Assembly (NCBI GenBank): GCA_964599655.1
Contig: CAZRGV010000002.1
Coordinates: 44,983 to 108,982, forward strand
Source of the DNA: an uncultured Isosphaeraceae bacterium
Lineage (GTDB): Bacteria > Planctomycetota > Planctomycetia > Isosphaerales > Isosphaeraceae
Direction: 5' to 3'
Length of the DNA: 64,000 nt
The notes beneath the pieces are model-generated. The model searched no databases and was not told the origin of the DNA. It worked only from the letters and a program-made list of their open reading frames with translations. The position numbers and the translations under genes were made by a program. Positions 18,131 through 28,200 of this stretch are shown here, piece by piece (position 1 is the first letter of the stretch; each line of letters begins with the position of its first letter).

Positions 18131-20413
18131 TCAAACCCCAGTGCCTGACCTGTAGGAGTACGCGTAGGAGTGGGAGTAGGTGGGATCATGGGTGCCGGCG
18201 ACGACGGCTCCAAGAACCCGGATGCCGAGCGTGCTCAGCCGTTCGTGGGCGGTGCGGACCATGGGAATGCGACTCACGTCACGGAGGATCGAGAACAGGA
18301 CCGCATCGACGTGCTGCCCCACGAGCAGCGCATCCGCAACGGGCAGAACCGGCGGTGAATCGACGACGACAAAGTCGTACTCCCGCTGGAACTGTGCGAA
18401 AATGGTCTCGAGGTCACCTCGGGCAAGGGCCTGGATGGCCTGCGAGTCGACCTGTCCGGCGAGCACCACGTTCAGGCCCGCGGCCTGCGTGGGACGGATG
18501 ACCTCGGAAATCGTCGCCTCGCCACGAAGAACCTCGCAAAGGCCGAGATCGGGCGTCAGGTCGAAGAGCCGATGCACGGCGGGACGCCGCAGGTCGCCGT
18601 CGACGAGCAACGTTTGTAGCCCGGCGCGGGCGAGACTTGCGGCGAGATGGCCAGAGAGCGATGTTTTACCTTCTCCCGCAAGAGCGCTGGTGACCATGAC
18701 GATTCGGAGCGATTCGACCCTCGAAGCGTGGAGCAGCATGGCGCGGGTGGAATCCACAGACTCGACCATCAGGCTCTGCCAGTCGTGTTCCGGGTTGCCC
18801 GAACTGGCCATCAAGCGTCGTCTCGTCTGATCGGGCAGGGCGGGCAAAGCGCCGACAAGGCGGAGTCCGACATCGTTGATAACTTGATGAACCGAGTTGA
18901 TTCGTCTCGCGCGATATTCCCAGAACGAGATCCCGAACAGCACGCAAGCCAGCGCCGCAATCGCGGCCACGCCGCTGATTTTGGCCTGCTTCAGCTCATC
19001 CTTGGTTTTCGGCTCATTGGCCGAGGCCACGACCTTGATCCGGTCTGGAGCATCGATCTCCACCTCCATGCGCTTGACCTCGGTGCCGACCCTCTGCGCC
19101 GTGTCGGCCAGCAACGAGATCTGATCTTGCTCGGACTGGAGATCCAGCGTGTTCTCGGTAAGGGTACTTAGACGTTTTTTCGATTCCTCGATCTCTGAAC
19201 CCAGTTCGTTCTCGAAGTGTTCGAGGATTTCAATCTCGCGATCCATGGATTCGGCTGCGGATGACGGGCCTCCACTGCTCGACATTTTCCGGAGTTGCTC
19301 GGTCAATCGAGGGCGGAGCCAGGCCCGGCGGTCTTCCAACGCCTTCCTCGTGGATTCGATTTCCCGTTCAAAGCGGAGCAGGGCAGGATCGTAGCGGTCC
19401 CTCGGGATACGGCTCACGCCCTGATGCTGTTTGGCCAACGAAGCGATCGTCGATTCGAGTTGGATGACCTCGGGATCTTTCGCGATCGCGTCTTCGACGG
19501 CGGAGAGATCGATCTCGGCGGGACGCGCGACTTTCACAGCGGCCGCCCGAGCCTTGGCGCGGACCAATTCCGCATGAACTCGCATCCGCTCCTGTTCGGC
19601 CATGGCCAGCTGTTGACTGGCAATCTGGTTCTTGTAGGCCAGAGTCGGCTGGTCACCCGAACCTGCTTGAAGGGCCAACTTTCGGAGTTGGTCCCGCTTT
19701 TCCTTCATTTTCTTTTGATAATCATCCCAGAGAGTTTTGAGGTTTTGGACTCGCTCGTGTCGTTCCTCTTTCTCTGTGTTGACAATGTTTTCCAGGTACT
19801 TGTTGACGACCGCGTCGACCAAGATTTGCAAATCTTTCGGGCGATTGCCGCTCATGGAGACAGCGACGAGTTCGGAGGACGGTGAAAAATCAACACGAAC
19901 CTGCTGCCCAAGCCATTCGACAGGGTCGGTCCTCTGAATCGCTTCCTTCACGGTCTCGAGGCCGGCAACCTTAGGGTCCGCCAGAACGGCCTCAAGAACA
20001 TTGCGATTCGTGATCAATTCCGCCTGCGTTCTTTGAAACACTCGGTAGTCGGCGTGGAGCTCCTCGGTCTGAAAAACCACCTTGGGCTGATACATCATGA
20101 TGCGCAGTACCGCCCGCGACGTGTAATGGGCCGGGGGAACGACGAACCACGTGATGGCGGCAACGATCGCGGCGCAGGTCAGTCCGGCGACCACGGCCAG
20201 CAGCCAGCGACGCTGCAGCGCTCGGAGCAGTTCCAGGAAATCCGGCGCCCCCGCCCCCGAGGGGGCCGACGGCCGAGCCAACGCATGATCAGCCGGACTG
20301 GCCGCCGGGATGACCCTGGTCGGCGTGACACTCTCGGGTGGCACGTTCTGAGCAGGAAGGCCGGGTTGCGGATCGATTGGATCACCGGGGGCGCCGACGT
20401 CGGGGGTGGACAT
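18131..20413 (-). CDS. Polysaccharide co-polymerase / tyrosine autokinase (Wzc/GumC-like, fused BY-kinase)
   Basis: Two TM segments flank a long coiled-coil periplasmic region. Walker A TSALAGEGKTSLSGHLA, LLVDGDLRRP, VVVDSPPVLPVADA, and a C-terminal Tyr cluster PTYSHSYAYSYRS. Confidence 0.85.
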   Translation of the reverse strand: MSTPDVGAPGDPIDPQPGLPAQNVPPESVTPTRVIPAASPADHALARPSAPSGAGAPDFLELLRALQRRWLLAVVAGLTCAAIVAAITWFVVPPAHYTSRAVLRIMMYQPKVVFQTEELHADYRVFQRTQAELITNRNVLEAVLADPKVAGLETVKEAIQRTDPVEWLGQQVRVDFSPSSELVAVSMSGNRPKDLQILVDAVVNKYLENIVNTEKEERHERVQNLKTLWDDYQKKMKEKRDQLRKLALQAGSGDQPTLAYKNQIASQQLAMAEQERMRVHAELVRAKARAAAVKVARPAEIDLSAVEDAIAKDPEVIQLESTIASLAKQHQGVSRIPRDRYDPALLRFEREIESTRKALEDRRAWLRPRLTEQLRKMSSSGGPSSAAESMDREIEILEHFENELGSEIEESKKRLSTLTENTLDLQSEQDQISLLADTAQRVGTEVKRMEVEIDAPDRIKVVASANEPKTKDELKQAKISGVAAIAALACVLFGISFWEYRARRINSVHQVINDVGLRLVGALPALPDQTRRRLMASSGNPEHDWQSLMVESVDSTRAMLLHASRVESLRIVMVTSALAGEGKTSLSGHLAASLARAGLQTLLVDGDLRRPAVHRLFDLTPDLGLCEVLRGEATISEVIRPTQAAGLNVVLAGQVDSQAIQALARGDLETIFAQFQREYDFVVVDSPPVLPVADALLVGQHVDAVLFSILRDVSRIPMVRTAHERLSTLGIRVLGAVVAGTHDPTYSHSYAYSYRSGTGV

Positions 20414-20477
20414 CGCAGTAGCTCCGAAGGCGTCTTATTCGAGCCGCAAACCGACGCCTGATCACTTATTGTTGGTT

Positions 20478-21443
20478 TTACTTCTGGCGAGGGGCGCTCT
20501 TTCCGCCCTGCCCAGCACGCCGGGAGGCTCCGCCGATTGGATGGCTCACCATGTCGACGCGCACGGCTGCTGGAACCGCGGGTTCGACGAACAAATGCGA
20601 GAGCAGTTGCAGCTCCAGCCAGAGCGCCCCAAGAGCCAGGGGCATCATCAGCCATCCCGCCAGGTCATGATAGACGGCATCCGCGACTTTGCTTCCCGCC
20701 GTTTCATGCAGTAATCCCGTGACCGTGATCCGGATGATATTGGCCAGCAAGGCGGTCGGGATGGCGCTCAAGAGGATGAAAGCCTTGTCAATCAAGGGGC
20801 GATGAATGATGAAGACGACCGCGGTCGAGAATGCAAAAAACATCAAGAGCATGCCCAGCCCGTTGCAGGCCTCCACAACCCCGATCTCGGCCTTGTTCAT
20901 CAGGATGATGTTGCCTTCCGCAACAGCGGGCAAACCAAGTGTTTGGAGAATATAGGTGCTGGCGATCGTCGCGATCCGCTGGAGTGGAGCACCAAGAGCA
21001 TTTTCCACTCGATACGGCATCGGAATCATGAAGATCAAGAAGACGATCGCGGGCCACGCCCAGGAGAGTGCCGTCCATCCACCCACCAGGAGACAGATGC
21101 CGGCCAGCGAGGGAACTAACGACACAGTGTCGATCCATGTCACAAAGTAGTATCCGCCCACCAGTTTCAGTGCCGCTCCCACCGCGATGAACGCCATGCC
21201 CGCCCAGGGAGCTCCGGACAGGGGTCCCGTCTTGAGCCGGTCCCGGCGCCACCAAAGCAGGAACAACGAGAAGGCCGGCACGAGGTAGCCGTGGGAGTAT
21301 CGAGGATCGGACGACCAGCGCTCGACCATGGTAACCAGGGATGGCCAGGTGGCCCAGAGTAGCCCAACCCCGATCAACCCGGCAAACACGACGGGTCGTC
21401 GGAGCCGTGAGTCGCGGTTGCCCGAGGCAGGCTCATGAGCCAT
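20478..21443 (-). CDS. Exosortase (EpsH/Xrt family transpeptidase)
   Basis: SSDPRYSHGYLVPAFSLFLLWWRR N-terminal signature, catalytic-type motifs VVEACNGLGML, ANIIRITVTG and HDLAGW, and about 8 TM helices. Confidence 0.85.
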   Translation of the reverse strand: MAHEPASGNRDSRLRRPVVFAGLIGVGLLWATWPSLVTMVERWSSDPRYSHGYLVPAFSLFLLWWRRDRLKTGPLSGAPWAGMAFIAVGAALKLVGGYYFVTWIDTVSLVPSLAGICLLVGGWTALSWAWPAIVFLIFMIPMPYRVENALGAPLQRIATIASTYILQTLGLPAVAEGNIILMNKAEIGVVEACNGLGMLLMFFAFSTAVVFIIHRPLIDKAFILLSAIPTALLANIIRITVTGLLHETAGSKVADAVYHDLAGWLMMPLALGALWLELQLLSHLFVEPAVPAAVRVDMVSHPIGGASRRAGQGGKSAPRQK

Positions 21444-22157
21444 GGAGAATACTCCTACGTTCTTCTTTCGGGGTCTGATTCCAAAAGGAGTCCGGCGGGA
21501 TGATCTCGGCGCACACTCCGTGCACGTGGGTTGCTCCAGGAAGAGCCGATCCCAAGATCATCCACTGTCTTAATCTAACCAATCAAGCGACGGCTTGCGA
21601 ACAAATCTTCAGAAAACCGGCTTCAGCGTGAGGTTCAGACTCCACATTCACGATTTCTAATCAAAACACGCCGAAGCCCGCCAAGGAACCAATCACCCGA
21701 AGTGACGTTGCTAGCATGACCTATTTTGTGCAAAAAGCTCTATCTTTGCCAGTTTTCAACAGCATGTTGCCTTAAAAGAACAACCCAACCGGGCTGGAGG
21801 GCACGCGTTCGAGGTCCGTCGATGGCGCACGGATTCCGCGCCTCGGCAGCGAGAGCCAATGGAGGGGGTCCCCATCGTTCTCGAGGATCAGAGCGCCCCC
21901 GATTCGCGATCGTTGCGAGTGGGTAATATCGTGGTGGCAGACGGATCTCCTGGATCGGAGAGATCGGGCGATGGTCTACTCTGCGACGTTGCACCAGACC
22001 AAGATGTTGGGGGAAGACTCCACGTCGCCGGCATCGGCGTTTCTTGTGTCTTCGAAAGTTATTATGAATCGAGGGGAGCGGGCATGCAAGCGTCTTTGGC
22101 GAATTTGTTCGACATCGTGCGAATCGGCAAGGGGAAATCTTGCGACGGGCTCAATGT

Positions 22158-22193
22158 CCGCCCCGGGCGCTGACAAATATGCGTCCGGGGCGG
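22158..22193 (-). terminator. GC-rich hairpin 33 nt downstream of the giant gene stop (possible terminator or RNA-stabilising stem, no U-tract)
   Basis: CCGCCCCGG(gcgc)-tgacaaatat-(gcgt)CCGGGGCGG: a perfect 9-bp stem, extendable by 3 more pairs after one mismatch on the minus transcript, with a 10-nt loop. No T/U run follows, so it is not a canonical intrinsic terminator. Confidence 0.3.
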
Positions 22194-22225
22194 GTCATCG
22201 TGGTTCTGGACTTGCGATCACTCAC

Positions 22226-25200
22226 TCAGCGAGAGCGCGGTTTTCGTTGGAATGGCCGGCTCGAGGGCTGGCTAGGGCGTTGTGGCCAGGCGGTTCTTTG
22301 CCGGGATTCACCCCGTCGTCGAGGGAGCAAGCTTCGGCGTGGCCCGTTCTTGCTAGAGGTATAGGTCACGTTGGGAGGGTCGAGTAACGCTTGACTGTTG
22401 GTACAAGCGATCGTGCAGGTTCCCAAGGACGACGGAGTAAACGTGAATGCACCCGAGCGTGTTGTATCGGTCAAGTCCAGGAACGCTGGGCTGAACGATC
22501 CGCTTCCATTGGAAACCGATGGCGTGATACGGACCGACCCGGTTAACGTCCCTGAGCCGAGAGTTACCGTGAACGGTGAGGACGGTTTCCCAACACGACC
22601 GGAGGAAGGGCTGGGAGCTCCCAGATCATAGGAGGTGACGGCCGCGACCACCGCCTGCCCTTGCACGGCTCCGATCCAGGCTCCGGCCGGCGTGGTCGGG
22701 CTCCCTGCGTCATGAGCGGCCTGAAGCGCCGTGTTGCGGGGAGCAAAGCCCGCCTTGGTCCACGCGACAAGCGCCGACGGATAACTGCTGTTCGAAAGCC
22801 CAAGACTCGCATCGTTGATGGTGAGTCCCGTTTGCACGGCATTGCGAATCTCGTAAAGGGATTGGAGCTCCCAGTACGCGAAGGACGCGGCGGATGTGCC
22901 CGGCTCGTCATTGCCCACACCCGAGGTGTGGGCCTGAATGCATCGATAATTGATCGATCGATTCCCGTAGACGCTCGCGTTGGAATGGGAAACGATGTCC
23001 CCGACGCTGTACGCCTGACCGCTCGGCACCCAGGCCGTGCCGGCCGTCCGGCCGAGATATCCCGTCGCGAACGTGGCGAGGTTCCGGCTGTCATCCACGA
23101 ATTGGGGATCGGCCACGACGCCGTGGGTTTGCGGCGTGCCCGACGTGAACATCGAGTTCGTGCCGTTGAGGTCGCGAGCGGCTCCCGACTGATTGAACAG
23201 GCAGTTGTAATCCAGGTTCGCCGCCGACACGAGGTCCTGGACCGCCGAGTCCGCGGAGCGGGAAAACAGGAAGCCCGCGTTCGATGTCCGCGACCACGCG
23301 ATATTCGACTTCACGCTTTCGTACTGATTGGCATGTCCGAAGTACGTTTCCCCCAGGTAGCAACAGTCGCGTTCCGTCGTGTTGCCGAACGAGGTGTAAA
23401 CCGTGTTGTGCTCCAGAATGAGGTCGAGATAATCCGTTCCCCCACCCGCCGCCAACGTTCCGAACGCTCCACCCGCCGCGTTGGGCAGGGTGATGCAATT
23501 CCGGATCGAGGAGACCACCAGGGGGCCCGAGGTTGGCCCGGAAACGATGAACGCCTTGCCTCGCTGGCTATACATCGCGTCAAAAATGATGTCGGAGTAA
23601 TTGGCACCAAAGATGCCAATATTTGTCATGTGAGCATTATACTCCGGTCCCGTGCCGCCATAGCTATCGCCGAACACGTACCCGTTCGAGGATGGCCCCG
23701 GCCAGATATGCTCGCTGCCGTCCGTCTTGCGATAAAGGAAGAAGTCGCTCATCGTCACGCAGGGGTTATAACCGCCGGAGACCCCGATCAAGCCATCCGT
23801 GATGAAGTTGCCCCCCGTGAAGCTGATCCCCCGGCAATCGCCGGCCGCCTGGAGCCCCTTGTCGAAGTAGCAACCCGTCACGGCCCATGTGCCCGTGGGG
23901 GTGGTCGTGGCCCCAAACTGAACCGTGTACGCCGCCGCCGAGTTTTTCCAGATCGATTGATTGATGCTGAGCGTCACGCCAGGATCGTTAGGCGAGACGG
24001 TGATGGGGCCGCACGTCTCGAACGTGCAGTGATCGAGGCGGAAGACGGCCCGGCTGGAATCGAGGATCGGCTCGATGGCGGCGGTTCCGGAATCACCCAG
24101 GCGGGTGAAATCGCAGTAGGCCGCCGAGACCGCACAGGAACGCATCGCGTAACTACCCGTGATGTAACCATTCAAGCCGGCGGCTCCCGCCTTGGTGCGA
24201 ATGAAGGCACGCGACGCCGATGTGCCATTAATGTTGAGCTGCGAATCCGTGGCGACGTTGATCTTGTAACGCTGACCACTGGGGGGATCGAACTCGATCC
24301 CGCTCCCGGCTTCGATCGTCAGGGGATAGAGAACGGCGGCGGGGTTGTACTGGCCGAACGTGGCGTCTCCTCGAAGCGTGAGGACCGCCCCGTTCTTGAT
24401 CGTGAGCGTGCCCGTGGCACAGGTCAGCTCAAAGGTGCCCGCCGCGCCCGAGGTGCCAATCGTTTGATTCGTCGTGATTGTCAGGTTGTGGTTGATCGTC
24501 GCGGTATCGCCCGCTCCGGGAACGATTCCCGTATCCCAGACGGTCGGATCGGACCAGTCGCCGGATTTGAGTGTGGTCGCCTGTCGGCTCACGCCCGCGG
24601 CCTGATAGGTCAGGGCGGCTGGGTTTGTCAGGTTTCCGTTGTTGGTGGTCGAGATTGTGACCGTTCCGGCGGAGGCCGCCGTGTAAGAGAACGCTCCCGA
24701 ACGGGTCGTGTTTGTCAAGTCGAGGTAGGCCGGTGTGAACGTCCCTCCGGCACCACCACTGTCGGGTGTGATCCGCAACGTATTGGCCAACGTGCCAGTG
24801 CCGAGCGTCACCGTGAAGTTGCTCGAGGCCACACCGACGGTCCCCGTCGACGGCCCCGTGAGGGTGTAATCCTTGACCGCGAGGACGTTCGACGTGTATG
24901 AGGCCGTCTGAGTCGAGGGCGACAGCGTGCCGCTCGAATCGGTCACCGTGATCGTGATCGAACCGACGGAAGCGGGCGTGTACGAGAATGCCATCGAGGC
25001 CGCGCTGTTGTTCCACGTCAGCGACGTTGGCGTGAACGTGCCACCCGCTCCACCATCGGACAGGGTCATTGTCCCGGTGAAGCTGCCGTTGGGAGCCACC
25101 GTGAACGGTTGCGAAACTTGCCCAACGATACCGGATGCAGGGTTGGGAGGAGTCAGACTAAACGTGGTCGCCGCGCCGGAACCGGCCGTGACTTTCGCGA

Positions 25201-28200
25201 ACGGGCTCATCAGGTGGTCGGAGACCGTGTTGAACCAGCCGAGATACCATGTGCCGGCCGAGGGGGGCGTGAACGTGAACGTCTGCGTCCGGTTCGTGTC
25301 GGTGATGGAGTACGTGCCGATCGGCACTCGGTTGGCCGAATCGACCGTCGGGACCGTATCGTAGTAGACGTAGATGTACGCCCCGAAATGGCTGTCGGAC
25401 GCGGGCTGATACTGGATCGTGTACGTTCCGCTCTGTCCGGCCGCGATCGAGCTGGGGCCCGTGATCGTGATGTCCGGCTCGATCTTCAAGACCTCGAACG
25501 CCGCCGCCGGGATCGTCGTCAGTTGATTCAGGTCCGACTGGACCCAGCGGCTATCGTTCGTGCCGTCGATCCGGAGCGTGCCCCCCAGGTCCGCCAGGAT
25601 CAGGCCGTACGTCCGCATCGCGTCCACGATCGGACGGGCCTGGCCCGTGAAGTTGGCCGCGTTCGCCGCGTACCACGCCGACGTCAGCCGCAGCCTCGTT
25701 CCGAACGGCAGGCCCTCGGTGGATGATCCGCTGTAGGCCGTGTGCCGGGCGGGGAAGATGTACTTGCTCCGCGACAGCGGCAGCCCCGAGAACGAAACGG
25801 TCGCGGTCGTGTAGCCCGAGCCGCCGCTGGTCAGGTTCAGGCCGTTGACGTGCCCCGAGCCGTCGACCGTGGCGGTCGCGGCGGCCCCGGTGCCGTCGCC
25901 CGTAATCGTCACGGCGGGCGGGTTCAGGTAGCCGGACCCGCCGTGGGTCAAGGTCAGGCCCGTGACCACGCCGCCGGTGATCGTGGCCGTGGCCGTGGCC
26001 GGATCGACCGTCTTGTAGGCGTCGACCGTGAACCGCAAGGCGTGGCCGATGTCCCCCGAGGCCACTTGATCGTAGTGGGCACAGAGGGCGACCATCGGCA
26101 GGCCAGCCGCGTCGCCCGACGTCGCCCCGTCGAGTCTGGGACCGCCGAAGGAGACGTACGACTGGGTGTCATAGCCCGAACCGCCGTCGACCAGGGTCAG
26201 GCTCGTGACCGAGCCGCCCGAGACCGTGGCCGTGACCTGGGCCCCCTTGCCGCTGCCCCCTTGGATGTAAACCTGGGGCGGCTCCGTGTAACCCGACCCG
26301 CCCGTCAGGAGCGTGACACTGGTCACGACGCCGCCCGTCACGACGCAACGGGCCGTGGCCGGGTTGTTCGTCGATGCCCCGGCGAGGGCCTTGAGGTTCC
26401 ACTTGGCACCGCCCGACGAATACCATTGGCCGTCGCCCGGGTAGTAGGACTGGTAATATTCCCAGACGTCCGAGACGCCGCCGGTGGCCTCGTCGCGGAC
26501 GAAGACGAAGTTGTGGTGGTCGCTGCCGTCGGTGGGGGCGGCGTTGGGCGTGGGCAGGTTGCCCGCGATCCCCTCGAAGACCATGCCGGACGCCGGCCAG
26601 GGGACCGGCCCCGGCTCGCTCTCGGGACCGTAGGCCCCCAGGACCAGCGGCAAGGTTGGCGTGTCGCCCCGGACGACGTTGTAGGGCATCCCGTAGGCCG
26701 TGTTGCCGCCGTTGGCGGTGCTCGCCGAGAAGTTCAAGCCGATGGTCGTCCCGGCCAACCGCTGAATGTAGATGTCCGAGTTGGGATCGACCGGATCGGA
26801 CGTGACGTCCCGCTTCAGGTCGGCCAGGTAGCCGAACGTGAGCATGTCGAACCCGCCCAGGGACGGGCTCGGCGAACCGTTGTAGGACCAGTTATCCGAC
26901 TTGCCGATCTGGACCATGCCCAAAAACGGGACCGGCGACGGATTGGGGAGGCCCCCGCTGTTGGTCGTGCTGATGGTCCGCGAGCCGTAGAGCGTCGGCG
27001 AGTAGGTGAACGTGGCCGACCGATTCGAGTTCGTCAGCGTGACGGAACTGGGCGAGAACGAACCGTCGCCGTTGGACGCGGCCGGCGTGAACGTGAGGCT
27101 TCCCGAGATGGCCCCCGAGCCCAGTGTCACCGTGAAGTTGCCGGACGCGGCGGCCACGTCCCCGGACGTTGGCCCCGTGAGGGTGTACGTCGTGACCGGC
27201 GAGGCGATCGTGAGCGTGACCGAGGCGGGGTTGGCGAGCCCGCCGTCGTTCGTGACGGAGATCGGGATCGACTGGCCGGCCGAGGCCCCCGACGCGGGCG
27301 TGTAGGTGAACGTGGCGGCTGGGCTGGCGGAGGTCAGGCCGACCGAACCGGGCGTGAACGTGCCGCCCGCCCCACCATCCGACAGCGTGACGTTCAAGGT
27401 GCCGCTGACGGTCGTGTATGCCGGCAACGCGACCGTGAAGTTCTCGCTCGGCTGCCCGGCGAGGGCGGTGAGCGTTGCCGGCCCGGTCAGGTTGTAGGTC
27501 GTCGCGGGCGTGGTCGCCGTCGCGTGGATCGAGGAGGTTTCGATCCAGAGGCCATTGGCGTCGACCGCCGAAAGCGTGATGGGCCCCGTGACGGCCGGCG
27601 TGTACGTGAACGTGGCGGACGGGCTGGCGGTGCTCAGGCTGAGGCTCGCGGGCGAGAACGAGCCGCCGGCCGAACCATCGGAAAGCGTGATCGCGTCCCC
27701 GGCGGAGGTGGTCCCGTCGGCGAGGGCCACCATGTAATTCGACGACGCCGACCCCCGGACCAGCGTGCTGGGGCCGCTGAACGCATAGGAGAGGGCGGGA
27801 TAGGGCCCCGCCGTGGCCGATTGCGAGGCCCCGTTGAGGGTCCAGGCGGATCGGTACGTGTTGCCCGAGATTGTGAACGCGGACTGGAGCGTGACGGCCT
27901 GGTCGAAGTCGTTGTTCGTGACCGCCCAGGTGCCGGTCGTCAACGCGGCCGAGGCCGTGGCGTTGAGTTCGGTCGCGGCCAGAGACCTGAGGAACGAACA
28001 GGCATTGACCTGGAACGTCGCCGCTCCGTTCGCGACCGGGATGGCCGTCCCGGTTGTGTTCGCGTGCGAGACCTGCCCGCAATTGATCAGCCGGCAATGG
28101 TCCAGCCGGAGCACCCCATCCCGGTTTTCGCTATTGGACGCAAAGGGAAGCGTGCTGGAATCGCCGATCCGGAGGAAGTCGCCATACTCGGCGTCAACCC

